Shown piece by piece: positions 16,400-31,989 of a stretch of 64,000 nt of DNA (position 1 is its first letter; every line of letters starts with the position of its first letter). The stretch is from the human T2T-CHM13v2.0 reference genome, Homo sapiens: assembly GCF_009914755.1 (NCBI RefSeq), contig NC_060942.1; one strand, 5' to 3'. The position numbers and the translations under genes were made by a program. The notes under the pieces are model-generated. The model searched no databases. It was given only the letters and a program-made list of their open reading frames with translations, and had not been told where the DNA came from.

Positions 16400-17390
16400 C
16401 TAACAAGCAAAGCAAAAATCTCCATGGCTTACTGGTGGTAGTGATGGAGGCAGTGAGCATGGCGGTACGATCTGTGGTGCGATGCCTGGCAGAGCCTTTA
16501 GTGGTGTCTACTTTAGAGTAGCTATGCAATCTCCAAAACTGATTCTTTGGCTCTCTGGGGAGTCTGCGAGCTACACAATATCCTTTATTACACCTATTTT
16601 CTGCTTAGTCTTGTGAGAATTAGTTTCTATTGTTTCCAACTAAGAATTCTGACGGATAGAAAATGTGGTGCCTGATGTGTACCACATCAGTGAATAGTAA
16701 GGACTCAAATATTTCAAATTGGAAGGTTGATAACCTTTATTATATTGCGGCAAAATATTTATCAATCTGTTGCCTGTTGTCTTTTGAGACATTGACCATA
16801 TGCCAACCGTATGGCATATGTTAGAAGACATACGGAAAAAAATCACATTGATGGGGCTCCTTTTTGCAGAGTTCAGCAAAGTTCTAAGGAAGATAAATAA
16901 ACTCAGGCTAGGAGAGAACCACATCAAGGTCATGGCCATCACATAATTAGCTAAGAACTCTGAAATAAGGTACACTTTTGGGTTTCTAGAAAGTTTTAAA
17001 TGTGTAGTACCATAAAAGCTTGATGTGCCCAATTCTTGTCAATATTTCCTCATCAGAATTGTTGTGTGATTTTTAATACATAGAGTTGACCAAAATAAAA
17101 ACCTTCCATTTAGTTTTGAAAGATCTGTATTAGCAAAAGCGCCACCAGTCTGGACTAAAAGGGACTGACTATTCAAGATATAAAAAAAAACTTCTAAGCT
17201 TCAGACTTCATATGGAAAGAAAGAAAAAAGATAAGGCTATTCAGCCACCAAAAAGTGCACATTCTCCAAAGTGCCCTTTTCAGACGGGCACTTCAGAAGG
17301 ACATAACCCAAGGAGTGTTATGGAGAAGAAAAGACCTTTCAGAGGATGGATCCAAGAGTCACCGAGAGCAATGAACTGATGCAGAAATGT
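16400..17390 (+). mobile_element. ERVL/MaLR-like LTR 3' end plus internal sequence
   Basis: LTR-like end TTTCTATTGTTTCCAACTAAGAATTCTGACGGATAGA followed by AATGTGGTGCC. Confidence 0.45.
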
Positions 17391-18439
17391 AAGCTTATTG
17401 TGGGAAAAGTAGAAATAGAGATGAGCAAAAAGAAATACCCTCTCATCCTACCACCCTATCAGAGACACAGTTAACCTTGAATGATTTGGTGTATAGGTTT
17501 CCAGACTTTCCCCCGTGCCACCAATAACTCGTGCCCTTCTGTGTAGCTTCTCTTAGTGCTCTTGTGACTCTGTTCTTTGCATTGATGGAAAAGCCATATG
17601 TGGTGGCTCTCCAGGATTCTTGAAAAAAGCTCAGCCCTGGCCTTTCCAGACAGCTCGTTGGGAGTTTAGAACACCCTTTTGTCATCCCTTTGAGATCTTG
17701 GCTGGATGCCACCCTGGGCTCCTCTCTGGCTCACTACCCTCCTCTCCTGGCCTTCTTCACCAGCTTTGGTTAATGAAACTTGATGGATCATAGTGCCGAG
17801 CACTGTGCTTCGTGCTGGGGGCACAAAGATGCATTTTACATAGTCCCTGCTCTTAAGGAGCTGAGTGAGGATCTAGTGGGTGGAACCAATGTATAAGCAG
17901 AAACCATTAAAATAATCTAGTCACTAATTTCAACAGTTCCCATGAGGGAAGCATTTAAAAATGATTTCACACGCAGAGTTTGGTCCCCAATTTTAGAAAA
18001 AACTTATAAATCCTGTTAAAACATGGCTTCAGCTAAGAAGTCCCAATGAATTCTAAATGTTTATTTAACATTTAAAGCAGCAGATTTACGAGAAATCTAT
18101 TCAAAATGTTGAATTTATAGTAGTTGTACCCTTTCCACATGTTTTGCTTATAGCTCAAATTAGCCTTTTTAAAAAACACAGTTGCTTAATGATGCTGAAT
18201 TAATCATTCACTCAGCAATAATTAATTCTTACCAGTGGAAGCACGATGACTTTTCTCATAAAACATGGAGAAAAACAACTCATTTAGTGACTTAGTGACA
18301 AAGTAGTATGTTGGAATTTTGATTGCAGTAACTGAAGATGAGTAGGGTTATTGAGATCATACTTTTTTGCACATTAAAAACTATTTCTTATTAAAGAAAT
18401 TTATTAATAAAAATAACATTTATTTTCTACTTGTGAATG

Positions 18440-18870
18440 TATATAGAGTCATGCACTTTTATTTTATTTAATTCTCACAAAAACCCTAAGGGTAGGTATT
18501 TATACCTACATTTTCCAAATGAGGAAACTGAGGCTTAGAGGGATTAATTGACCCAATCAAGATCAGAGGACGACTTATACAGAGCAAGGATAAGATTTGA
18601 ACCTAGGTCTGCCTTTTCACCATTGTGATAAACTGCTGAATAATGATCATTGTGGGCACCATTGTAAGCACTTCACAGGTATTAAATTACTTAATCCTCT
18701 CTAACAAGTTTATGAGAAATCTATGACTATTACCATCTCCATTTTAGAAATGAGGGAAGAGAGGCACGGAGAGAGTAAGTCACTTGCCCTAGGACCCTGA
18801 GCTCGTAAGTAGTGGGGCTAGGTTTTGAACCCAGGCCTCTAACTCAGGCATCCATTTTTTTGCTCACCTC
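18440..18870 (-). mobile_element. Two MIR elements
   Basis: ATGAGGAAACTGAGGCTTAGAG and GAGAGTAAGTCACTTGCCC...TTTGAACCCAGGC. Confidence 0.75.
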
Positions 18871-19039
18871 ACTCAAGGAAAGCCATTATTGTTTATTAAA
18901 CAAATTGCTTTTTGATACACATAAAATATTGTAAAAATAAGCATTAGCAAGTGATTTGTTCATGAGCTGTGATGGCCACTGTGTGCCTCCCATTGCACTG
19001 GATGGTGATTGTGAGAAAAGAAAAGACCACAGTTCATTT

Positions 19040-19190
19040 TTATAGAACAGCATCTCACTCTATCACCCAGGCTGGAGTGCAGTGGCATGATCATAGCTCA
19101 CTGTAACCTCAAACCCCTTGCTCAAGTCATCCTCCCGCCCCAGCCTCCCAAAACACTGGGATTACAGGCTTAAGCCATGGGCACGGTCCC
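19040..19190 (-). mobile_element. Alu monomer (FLAM-like)
   Basis: Single-arm antisense Alu. Confidence 0.8.
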
Positions 19191-19374
19191 ACAGTTCTCG
19201 TGTTCAGTGAGCTAGATGGCTCTTATCAGATGATCACAAGGACAATGGCGCTTTCAGGGAGGTTCGGGAGCCAGGTGTACATCTAGCAGGGACCAGGTTG
19301 GCCTGTGAGATTGAAAGGGAAGTCCCACAGATGGTCAGAGTGCCATCTCCTTGGGATGACAGAAAGCTGTCCAT

Positions 19375-19713
<339 letters not shown>

Positions 19714-20793
19714 CTACCTCTGGCCTCCAGGGCCTTCAGCAAGGGAAGAGAGGAAAAGGCATTTGGAGTGTGCCACAACCTTTCAACTGCGATGAGAGAC
19801 GCTAGGCACTGGAAGGCTGGCTCCAGTGATGGCATTTGTTCTTTGGAGTGACCCTCTGATCAGAAGAAGCCCTCTGGACCAACTGTGTCCCATCCTTCTC
19901 AGCTCTTTTTTATCCGAGAGGGAGGGGTAAGCTACTGAGGACAGCACAGGCTACAGGGATCCAGCGGATCCAGAGATCCACTGCTAGAACCGAATGCTGG
20001 CTAGTGCTTGAAGAGGATGCTGATACAACAAGCCATCCAAGGACACTGAAAGCAGCAGAAACCTTCACTGGGCAGGCAGTGTTCCCAGCACCTCGGATCT
20101 CCAAGAAAGGCTGAGGCTCTTCTTGCCAAGGGAAGAGTTCAGGACATCCTTGGAAGCAGAAGGAAAGCTAGGATCCATCCACCTGGCAGGCACCTTCAGC
20201 CTGTCTTTCCTTTTTGTTTTTAGTCTTTTCCCTATTCTCTTGTTTGTGCAGACAGAATTAACTTCTACATAACTCACTTTGCAAATCTCCAAATAAAAAT
20301 CATGGAAAACATCATACTATATGAGCAAGTGATTGAACATCTCTAAGTCTTACTATGTCTCATCTGAAAAGCGAGGAAAACCACAGGATCTATCTTATAG
20401 AATCGAGATCAAATGAGCCAGTTTGTATTTTAGCTCAGTGCCTCAAAATAATTATGCCTGAGTAATCCAAGTCTACCACCTGCTGGCAGCATTAGGTAAG
20501 TGCAGAATTTGTTTCTTCAAGAGGCTAAAAACTGGTGCAAATTGGGTCAGCAAATCCTAAAGAGAAGAATGGCAAACATGATCACACCTCTGACCCTCTG
20601 CCTGGGTTACTGAATGGACCAGATTTCAGATGATTTTCAGTATTGATGTTGGTGTCGTTTAAAAGTTAGTTTCTGAATTATTTCTTGATCAGATTACTTA
20701 AACCTACTTTACATCGACCATTCTTTTGGGGTTCCCTATTTTTCTTAGAATTCTTTAAGGACGCTGCTTTGCATTGGTGATTTCATTAGGTAG

Positions 20794-20950
20794 AGTCTCT
20801 CTCTCTCTCTTTCTGAGTGGGTGTGTGACTGTATACAAAAATATATAAATATATGTACATATAGAAAACGTTTTAATATGTATAGAGATGTGTATATGTA
20901 TATATAGAGAGAGTATTTTAATGCATCTATGTGGAGTGTGTGTGTACATT
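20794..20950. repeat. (TC)n/(TG)n/(TA)n low-complexity tract
   Basis: Visible dinucleotide runs. Confidence 0.75.
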
Positions 20951-21058
20951 GAGAGAGCTTTAATATATAGTGCCCATTCTCAGCAGCAGATCTAGGTTTT
21001 GTGAGCCTAAAATGCATGCAATTTTAAAGTCATCTTTAAGGAAAAGAATACAAAATCA

Positions 21059-21399
21059 GGCCAGGTGCAGTGGCTGATACCTGTAATCCCAGAACTTTAG
21101 GAGGCTGAGGCAGGAGCATCACTTGAGGCCAGGAGTTTGAGACCAGCCTGGGCAATATAGTGAGACTTCATTTCTATAAAATATTAAAAATTATCTGAGT
21201 GTGACTGCATGCACCTGTGGTTTCAGCTACTCTGGAGGCTGAGGTGAGAGGACTGCTTGAGCCAGGGAGGTGGAGGTTGCAGTGAGCCAGCCTGAGTGAC
21301 ACAGCAAGACCCTGTCTCGAAAGAAAAAGAAAAAGAAACCCTGCAAAACAAAAAACAAACCAAAACCCAATAAAACCCAACCCCAAACAGAAACAAACA
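21059..21399 (+). mobile_element. AluJ-like with long A/C-rich tail
   Basis: Alu body; degenerate TSD AAGAATACAAAATCA / AAGAATATAAAACCA. Confidence 0.9.
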
Positions 21400-21856
21400 A
21401 AGAATATAAAACCATGAATTAAAAATTAGATACAAAAAGATTGACTTGCATGAGAAGAGAAGGGGCTTTGGAAGAAGTCTGCACAGTAACAGCCCTGAGC
21501 TGAAACCTTGTTACCTTTGTAATAAATCTGCCTCTGCCTGATTTCTCACTGCCTCCTTTTCTTGTCCATCTAAGTGCCGCCCAACCTCTCCAGGGTTACT
21601 TTTACAGTGCTTTTTGCAGTTTGCAGAGTGAAGCACTTTTTGTTAACTTCCTAAACGGTCCCATGAAGACCTGTCCTGGTCTTTCCTCTTCAACTTATGG
21701 GTGGAAACAAATTGTTTTGACATCACTCGGAGACACTACTTGCTGCAGTCAGGACAGAGTCCTCCATTCATTGAGACCTGGGGATTTCCTTTCCACCTGG
21801 GTGCTGAAGCTCTCTGTTGCAGGAAGCATGTCTGGTTATCAAAAATTATTATCCTC

Positions 21857-22156
<300 letters not shown>

Positions 22157-23029
22157 TCATTTCCTCCTGGGGCACAGCAAATATTATGTCACATTTATCC
22201 ACAGTTTGGTAAAATAGCATTACTTTTTTTTTTTTTTTTTAGCTAAATAGATAACTAGCTAAAACTTTTTAACCAGAAAAGGTGAAGTTACCTTAGAAAA
22301 AATAATCGAAAATTGGACACTCAAGACCCTTCTACCCCCATACAATTGCTTTCCAGTGGCTAAAGTCAATGTACACTATTTGTATTCTGTTTTACTCTAA
22401 AGATTTTGTGTATTTCAACATGGTCTTCATAAGTACATTTAAATAATGCATGGTTGTATTCATGTATTATAAGTAATACAAATATACCTCATATTGATAG
22501 ACATATAAATTTCCAGTTTTTAATTTTATAATTAATACTACAATAAACCTTGTTTTTGAACATGGCTATTTATTTATTCATTTTTTTTTGCTCCTGCTAA
22601 ATTATTTTCTAAGAATATGAATGGAATTCCAGGATAATATTTATGAAAATATTGCCAGGTACAGTCATAGTATTTTCCACTAGAAATGTGCAATATAAAG
22701 CGTGCAGTGTTTCACTAGCATGCAGATCCATGTGTTCAGGTTCCCTGCAGTTGGGCTTTCAAGTGTATCATAAGGAACATACACTCCAGTTCTTCCCTGG
22801 TGTAGCTTGTTGTGTTCGTGGCACCTTCATAGGACCAAGGAGGCAGCATGTACAGCCTCTAGGGAGAATGAACCAGAGTGGCTTCAGGATTTAGAGAAGG
22901 TAGAAGTGTGCCTGACGACAAGAATGCGGGGAGAGTAACGGGAACTGAGGAGTGGACAGAGTGACCCTGCATCTTTCCCCACCCAGTTCTAGTGAGGCTG
23001 GGAGGCTGAAAGATGCAGGCTCACTCCCA

Positions 23030-23617
23030 GCATCAGTGGGGCCCAGGACAAAAGTTCAAATGGATACCCATATGTCATATGTCTAAATATTTAACATTCA
23101 TAAATTAAACATAAGAAATATTAACTAAAATATGTGCTAGCCTCCTACTCTGACAAAATCCTTGGCACTCTGCATAGGAGCACGATGGCATGGGAAGAGC
23201 TGGTCCAGCTCCTGGTTGCCAGCCATAGCCTACAGCCATTTTCTTCTCACCCTTGAGCCGTGAACCCCAGATGTGTAGACACTGGAGACTATACATTCAA
23301 ACTCTGTCCATACCTTCCCCTGCAATCAGCTGCCATTTAGCCCCTTTTCATGCTTAGGGGTGCACCCCTACGGATGCTCTGAAAATGACACACACATACA
23401 GGCCTTGGGGACATGTTCAGAGTCATGTGGGCATCTGAGGTCCTGGTGCCTGGAGAATAGTCTAGAGAGCAGCTTGGGTTCCAGGTGGGCATAACATCTT
23501 GGTCCTGTGGACTTGCCCTATAGGGAAGGATGGCAGGAGCAGGGCCAGGATGAGGCCCTCCAAAGCATGGAGCCCAAGGCAGGGGCCTTTCTTGTTCTGG
23601 GCAAAGGGCAGTATTGT
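23030..23617. mobile_element. MER115/Zaphod-like hAT-Tip100 element
   Basis: GGGCCCAGGACAAAAGTTCAAATGG...CATATGTCTAAATATTTAA and end GGGCAAAGGGCAGTATTG resemble the recalled consensus. Confidence 0.5.
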
Positions 23618-23640
23618 TAAAATTTTTCTGGAGAAAGTAA

Positions 23641-24720
<1,080 letters not shown>

Positions 24721-24749
24721 GTTACCTATACAATGTAGAGTTACCTATA

Positions 24750-25086
24750 CAGTTGCCCCTTGATATTCATGGTTGTTTGGTTCCAGGACCTCCCTTGGAT
24801 ACCAAAATCCGTGGGTGCTCAAGTCCTTCACATAAAATGGTGTAGTATTTAACATAACCTATGCATATCCTCCTGTATACTTTAAATCATCTGTAGATTA
24901 CTTATAATATCTAATATCATGTAAATGTTATGTAAATAGCTGTTGTGTTGTTTAGGAAATAATGACAAATAAAAAAGTCTGTACATGTTTAGTATAGATG
25001 CAAGCATTCATTCTTTTTTTGAATATTTCCAATCTGTGTAGGTTGACTCCATGGATGCAGAGCCCACAGACACAGAGGGCCAGCTA
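24750..25086. mobile_element. MER2 (TcMar-Tigger)
   Basis: TA|CAGTTGCCCCTTGATATTCATGG...GTTCCAGGACC...GATACCAAAATCC...GAGGGCCAGCTA|TA; terminal inverted repeats and TA TSD. Confidence 0.88.
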
Positions 25087-25199
25087 TACCACAGCACAAA
25101 TAGTCTAAAGCAACAAGAAAAATTAGAAGACAATGAAGCAATGCCTCAAAATTCTGAGTAAAAATCATTTTAACCTAGAATTGTATAACATATGTGTTA

Positions 25200-26020
25200 T
25201 ATTGTTTCAGAGATGACTACAACATTTCTTCATATCTGGGTACGTGTACCTCTTTGCAATGTGATTTCACTTCTCCCATCAGGGAGTGGAATCTATTTCC
25301 CCACTTCTTGAATCTAAGCTGATCTTAACTTATTTCAACCAAAAAAAAAAAAAGAGTAGCAAAACTGATACAGCATAATTTCTAAGCCCAGGTCTCAAGA
25401 GATCTTGCAGCTTCCACTGTTGACCTCTTAGAATGCTATCCTAAGTCTACCAGTGTAAAGAAGCCAGGTCTAGCCTATTAGATGAGAAACCCAAGGAGAG
25501 ATGAACCATTCTAACTGAAGCCCCCATCTGGACCAGCCAGCTGACAGCCAGCGTACATTACCAGGCATGGAAGGAGGCTATTTTAGTCCCACCAGTCCCA
25601 GTCAAGCTTCTAGATGACTGCAACTACATGAACGATCTCAGGTGAGACCAGATCAAATTGCTGATCCACAGAATCAAAAGAAAATAAAATGGTTGTTATT
25701 TTAAGCTACTACATTTTGGAGTGGTTTCTTATACAACAAAGACTAAATAAAACAGGAATTGGTACCTAGAAGTAGAGTGCTACCATAACAAACCCCTAAA
25801 TTGTGTGACAGTGGTTTTAGGACTGGGCAGGGGGCAGAGGCTGGGAAAGTGGTGAGGAAACCATTATTTGAATCTGCATGCAGATGAGGACTTTCTCCTC
25901 GGGTACAACTGCTCTGATGCAGAGACCTGTTACCGTAAAAGACAAAGTGTATAGCCCTTTCACACTCAATATGCAATGGTGAAATTGGGACAGAATAACT
26001 TCAAGAGGCACTCACATTTA
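25200..26020 (+). mobile_element. MLT1-type MaLR LTR followed by internal sequence
   Basis: GAGTGGAATCTATTTCCCCACTTCTTGAATCT, TTTTAAGCTACTACATTTTGGAGTGGTTT...AAAACA then GGAATTGGTACC. Confidence 0.75.
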
Positions 26021-26036
26021 AAAATAGACAGACTGG

Positions 26037-26323
26037 GGCCAGGTGTGGTGGCTTACACCTGTAATTCTAGCACTTTGGGAGGCTGAGGTGGGTGGGTTGT
26101 TTGAGCCCGGGAGTTAGAGACCAGCCTGGCCAACTGGTGAAACCCCGCCTCTACTAAAAACACAAAAATTAGGTGAAGTGGTGTGCACTTGTAATCCCAA
26201 CTACTTGGGAGGCTGAGGCACGAGAATCTCCAGGAGGTGAAGGTTGCTGTGAGCCAAGATCACGCCACTGCACTCCAGCCTGGGTGACAGAGTGAGACCC
26301 ATCTCAATAATAATAATAATAAT
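26037..26323 (+). mobile_element. Alu with (AAT)n tail
   Basis: TSD AAATAGACAGA(C/T)TGG. Confidence 0.92.
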
Positions 26324-26497
26324 AAATAGACAGATTGGAAGACACACAGCAGTCATTGATTCATAGCAATGCTGAACTCCAGCCAGACACATGTTGCCAG
26401 TTTCTCTTACTCCAGGAGACTACGGCCCAGTTCTGCTTCCTGGGATGGTTTCCAAGTTTTTTGTTCCCCACGATCCTTAGTTCCCATGCTCTGATAG

Positions 26498-26885
<388 letters not shown>

Positions 26886-26889
26886 TTTA

Positions 26890-27245
26890 GTTTTATTTTA
26901 TTATTAATTCAGGTACAGTTTTGTTATGTGGGTATATTGCATAATGTTGAGGTTTGGGATTCTAGTGAAACCATCACCCAAACAGTGAATACAGTATTGA
27001 GATGGTATTCAGTAAACAAAATAGGTAGCTTTTCAACCTTTGCCTCCTTCCTCTTCCCCTTTTAGAGTCCCTAGTGCCTATTATTTCCATCTTTATGTCC
27101 ATGAGTGCCCACTGTTTAGCTCTCACAAGTGAGAATATGTGGTATCTGATTTTCTTTTTCTGGGTTATTTCACTTAGGATAATGGCCTCTAGCTCAATCC
27201 AAGTTGCTGCAAAGGACATGATTTCATTCTTCTTTATGTTTGTCT
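26890..27245 (-). mobile_element. L1MA/L1PB 3' end fragment
   Basis: Minus ORF KKNEIMSFAATWIELEAIILSEI, L1 ORF2 C-terminus, plus 3' UTR. Confidence 0.85.
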
Positions 27246-27568
27246 GCTTCTTATCCATTTCAGGTTGGAGTTCCATAAGTTTCTTTTTATTTTGAACAAT
27301 CTCAGTCCCTTTTAGCCTAAGCTGACAGTGCTTTCATAAATACAACTATCTGAAAAATGTTGTGGATTTTCTATCAGTCTTACTAGGGTTTACTCCATGT
27401 GCCAAACACTATACACATAATCCTTCCTCCTCTGGGCATGTCATGCTGCTGTGGAACAACACCCTTAAGATTCTTAGAAGCTCTTTTGTATAAATGAGAA
27501 GATCTGCTAGGCACTACCTTAAATCTCTCTGAGACTGTAACAAAGTGTCTTACAACTGAATTTCAACA

Positions 27569-27755
27569 TTTTTTTTTCATAGCTATGGGGTCTTGCTCTG
27601 TCTCTCAGGCTGGAGTGCAGTGGTATGATCATAGCCCACCATAACCTTGAACTCCTGGGCTCAAGCAATCCTCCTGCCTCAAAAATGTGGTTGAATTTCC
27701 CACACTGGGAATTCCCCACACTGGGAATTACAGGTGTGAGCCACTGCGTCTGGCC
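27569..27755 (-). mobile_element. Alu monomer (FLAM-like) with internal rearrangement
   Basis: Antisense single arm; the expected GCCTCCCAAAGTGCTGGG is replaced by other sequence at ~27682-27720. Confidence 0.85.
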
Positions 27756-28104
27756 TACAACCACATTTTTAAACTGATCTTTACCAAGATTATTTCTTAC
27801 TGTGAAGGTCTTTTACTAACTGGAGAAACTGGGGGTGAGAAATTGTTTATTTTATAACCCAGCAAATTTTAACTACTCACTCTGTTTGCAAACAGAATTC
27901 ATTGTAATATGCAGCTACAGGTACCCAACAGATACTTCCAACATACTGACTAAAGATCTCCTTAGCCAAGTTTATAAACTCATTAGTTACATTTTCTATC
28001 TTCCAAATTACTCTAGGCAATTGTCCTGTCAATTGTTTAATTGCTGCATAACTCAGGTAACCATTTTTTTTCCAGTCTTCAGTAGCAATTTCTTTACCAG
28101 GTTT

Positions 28105-28392
28105 CCTAGGCTAGATCTGGCCTCTTCACATGGTAGTCCCAGGCCAATATTCCAAGAGTGTGAAAGGAGATGCCGTAATGTCTCTTGAGGCCTAGTTTCA
28201 GAAGTCACACAATGCCACTTCCACCATATTCTATTGGTCAAAGCAAGTCACAAAGCCTCCCGAACTCAAGGAGTGGAGAGATAGACTTCACTTTGTGACA
28301 GGAGAAGTGGCAAAGTCATATTGGAAAATGGCGGGAATACAAGGGGTGGGAGGAATTATTGTAGCCATCTTTGCCAACAAAACTGCCACACC
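28105..28392 (-). mobile_element. MLT1-type LTR fragment
   Basis: GAAGTCACACAATGCCACTTCCACCATATTCTATTGGTCAAAGCAAGTCACAAAG. Confidence 0.7.
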
Positions 28393-29289
28393 AAGACAAG
28401 TGCTAGGACAATGATTTAAGATTGTTTGAGACATAAAATTTTTCAAAACTTCATCCTTTCTCAGAAAGCTACTGTAGTATGTACTAACAAAAAATGCGAG
28501 TGTAAACTAAGAAATAATAAGATAAGTGAGCTGGGAACCAGGGGCACCTGCAGAAGAGAAAAGTCAAGAAAATATCCAGGAGGATAGGGCTGAGGGAGCC
28601 ACATTTCAAATTGGAGCAGGAGGATGGAATAGAACTGAAAGCTTATTTGACAATATTGAGAGAGGCATTTGTAGGACTGTTGCAGGATATGAGATGATTT
28701 AGCCAGCTGTTCAAGAAAAAATAATAATCAAATGAAAAAAATTGAGGCAAACATTAACTTGAGGAAAAACAAAAAGTTGTACAAGAAAGGGCATGTAATC
28801 CTGTACACAACTTGGCACAGACAGGAACAATATTAACATCATAAATTTTAAAATCACTGCATAAGAATTTGACTAACATTGTGACAGAACAATATTGGAA
28901 AAGGAAATGGACTATAAAGAAGCTAAAACCCTCCGCATGACAGAAGGTCAGTGTATTATCTAAAATTGATAGCTCAAAGTACAGCAGTGTACTCACACTA
29001 TTTAGAAACGAGTGGCTCTGGAAAGTGTGTATGTTAAGAGGGGGTGTTGTAAACTAGGGTCAGATGTCTGTTTCTGATATCTTGTTATAACTTTTTATTA
29101 CTCTTGGCCTTTTAAATTAAGATAAATCATTACATTACTAAAAAGAAATAATTTAAAAATTAGGCTGAGAAAAAAATTGGCTGTTAGAGGAAAAAATATT
29201 AGTAATTAGTAAATTTTTGCCAAGGCAAAAATCCTTAAAAGAATTAAGGATAGCCTATATAATTAAAAAGTCTGAAGGTTTCATTTTAG

Positions 29290-29990
29290 GTGCCAGTCAC
29301 TGAAGTTTTCAGATTAAAATTTAATAAGGCAAATTCCAATCCTGAAAATCTTATAGTTAGTGGAGTAGGCATATACAAGCATACATTTACAATGTAACAT
29401 GAAAAGTGCTACAGTAAGGGCATATGTAATTTGAGACCACAGAAGAAAGACAGACAATCCTTGTTTGGGGTAGAGTTGGAGATGTCTCTCCAGAAGAGTT
29501 GACATTAGAAATGAGAATTGAAGGATAAGTGGGTTCAGCTGACTGACTAGATAGGCAAGAGCATTCTAGGTTTAGATGCTCACCATGAGAAAGCTCAGCA
29601 TGTCTGGGAAAGAGTAATAAGTTTGGCATGGCTTGAAAGCAGGCTGTGAAGCTGGGAATGACCAACCATATGCCTGGAGTGGTAGACTGAGGCAGGTCTT
29701 AGAGGGCTTTGTGAGTTGTGCTAAGGGGTTTGGAATGTAAGGATTTTACCCTGTGGTGTAATATGTCAAACACACATCTTAGAATGATCACTGGCTCTGG
29801 GGAAGCCAGTGGAAGACCAAATGCAGGATGCAAGTCTGGGGAAGTCATTAGAAGACTAGCATAGAAAGTGAGGGCTAGAGAGAAGGGAAGAATTGAGAAA
29901 TATTTTAGAGGCTGATTCAGTAACAAGTCATAGTGACCAACGCAAGATGCAGGAGTCAAAGATGACTTTGATGTTGATACATTCATTAGA
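29290..29990 (-). mobile_element. L2 fragment
   Basis: AGAGGGCTTTGTGAG...GGATTTTACCCTG...AGAATGATCACTGGCT...GGAGTCAAAGATGACT. Confidence 0.6.
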
Positions 29991-30811
29991 CATTTATTGT
30001 GTGTCTTCTCTGTGGTAGGCGTAGAGTTGAATATGGCATGGTTGTTGCCCAGAGGAGCTTTTTCTTTAGTGACAACACAGACAATAAATTAACAGTAACC
30101 ATAGCTCTGGTGTTCTATGCTCCAAGGGCTTGGAGAGCATTGGAATCAGCAGACAGGCAGGTAAAGCAGTCTGGCAGACGGCAACCTTGTGGAAGAGTTT
30201 CTGGATGGGCAGCCAGGTTGGGGTGTTGGGTTGAATGTGTAATTGAGTATGATGTGGTAACCAGGATAGGGATGTTTAGTTGCCCAGTGAAAATCAGAGC
30301 CTAGAAGGGAGGAGAGGGACTCCTCTGTGAGTATAGAGTTGGATGCATGCAGGTTGAGGACGGTTGAAGCCAGGAAAATCTAGAGGAAATGTGAACAGGA
30401 CCAAGAGGAGGATGAAGCCCAGAAAGACTTGAGAAGGAGCTGTCAAAGGAGGAGGAGAACCTACAGTGGGTAGAGCTATTGAGCTGAGGGGGTAAGAGTC
30501 TGAGAAAAGAATCTTCCATGGTGCCATGGTGACAGATGCTGCCAAGAAAGTGGGTAGCAGGGCCAAGGTGTCCTCCAGGTAAGAAAATTAGGCTGGCATT
30601 GATGATCTTAGAATGGCAGGAAGGGGTTTCCTTCCAGATGTCATGGGGTATGGAGAAAAGGTGATGAGGATGCTAAGAAATGAATATGGCTCTCTCTCAG
30701 AAGTTGGTTAGGAAGTGATGATGAGATAAGCCAGGGAGCTAGAGTGAGAAGTGGGCTTCATAAAGATGCAGCTTTTAAGATGGAAAACACTTGAGTATTT
30801 ATTCTCATTAG

Positions 30812-30984
30812 GATGGAGTACATAACTTATGGGGCCCAGTGCACAACTAAAATGCCGGGACTCCTTAAAAAAGTATTTAAAAAATTCAAGACAACAACAG
30901 CTAAACATTAAACCAATTTGGGACCCTTTAAAGTGCAGAGCCCTGTGTGGCTTCAAGAGTTGCACATCAGGAAGCAGGCCCTGG
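30812..30984. mobile_element. MER91-like hAT element
   Basis: TACATAACTTATGGGGCCCAGTGCACAACTAAAATG...GAAGCAGGCCCTG; opposite orientation to the 14205 copy. Confidence 0.6.
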
Positions 30985-31624
30985 TTCTCAGGGTAAGGGG
31001 CCAGGGGAGGAAGGTGGAAGTGAGTGGATCAGTGATAGAGCCCCAGGCAAGAGCAAGTGGGATGAAAGGGACCCAGGGTCCAGGTGGGGGCAGAGCCTTG
31101 AATGGGAGGAAAAGTATGACTTTGGTCACCTTCTGAGAAGTGGGAGATGGAAGATGGAGAGGAGATGGAAAATAAGATGAAAGATGAAGAGGAGAGGGTG
31201 CTAGAAGTCATTCTGGAGAAATTATTTACCTTATTGACTAATTTCTGAGTCGAGGAAAGGGGCAGAAGCTTGCAGCAGCATCAGTGGAGTAAGAGGCTGA
31301 GGGGCTTTGGGGTGGAAGTGGGGCACTGAGTGGTCCCACTAGCAGCAGGCACTTGGTAGATGGGGCAGAAGCAAGCCAGGTACCCAAAGGACAGGTGGGA
31401 CTGAAGGAGGGGTGTGGAGAGGAGGCCCCTGAGAGGATGGGCTGGGATCCGGGTTGGAAAAGTGATAGGAAATGAGGTGGCCAGGACTGGAGGGCTCTCT
31501 CAGTGAGGAGGGAGGTGGACGTGAAGGTGGAAGTGCAGGCGGCCCATCTCAGAGGGGAAGAATTCGTGCGTTTAGTATTCTGGCTGTGAGGAGATGCGGA
31601 AGTTGGTGGAGATCCAGTCTAGAT

Positions 31625-31989
31625 CAGGGGTCCCTAACCCCGCGGCCGCAGACCGGTACTGGTCCGTAGCCTGTTAGGAACCGGGCCACACAGCAGGTGA
31701 GCGGCCAGTGAGCGAGCATTACCGCCTGAGCTCCGCCTCCTGTCAGATCAGCGGAGGCATTAGATTCTCATGCCAGAGAGAGCCCTATTCTGAACTGCGC
31801 ATGCGAGGGATCTAGGTAGCGCGCTCGTATGAGAATCTAATTCTTGATGATCTGAGGTGGAACAGTTTCATTCTGAAACCATCTGCCCTTCCTCCCCCAA
31901 ACGCCCCCCACCCCCACCCCACCACTGTCCGTGGAAAAATCGTCTTCCACAAAACCGGTCCCTGGTGCCAAAAAGATTGGGGACGGCTA
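31625..31989 (+). mobile_element. MER1B-like hAT-Charlie element
   Basis: CAGGGGTCCCTAACCCC...AAAAGATTGGGGACGGCTA with 8-bp NTCTAGAN TSDs (GTCTAGAT 31617-31624, ATCTAGAG 31990-31997). Confidence 0.9.
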
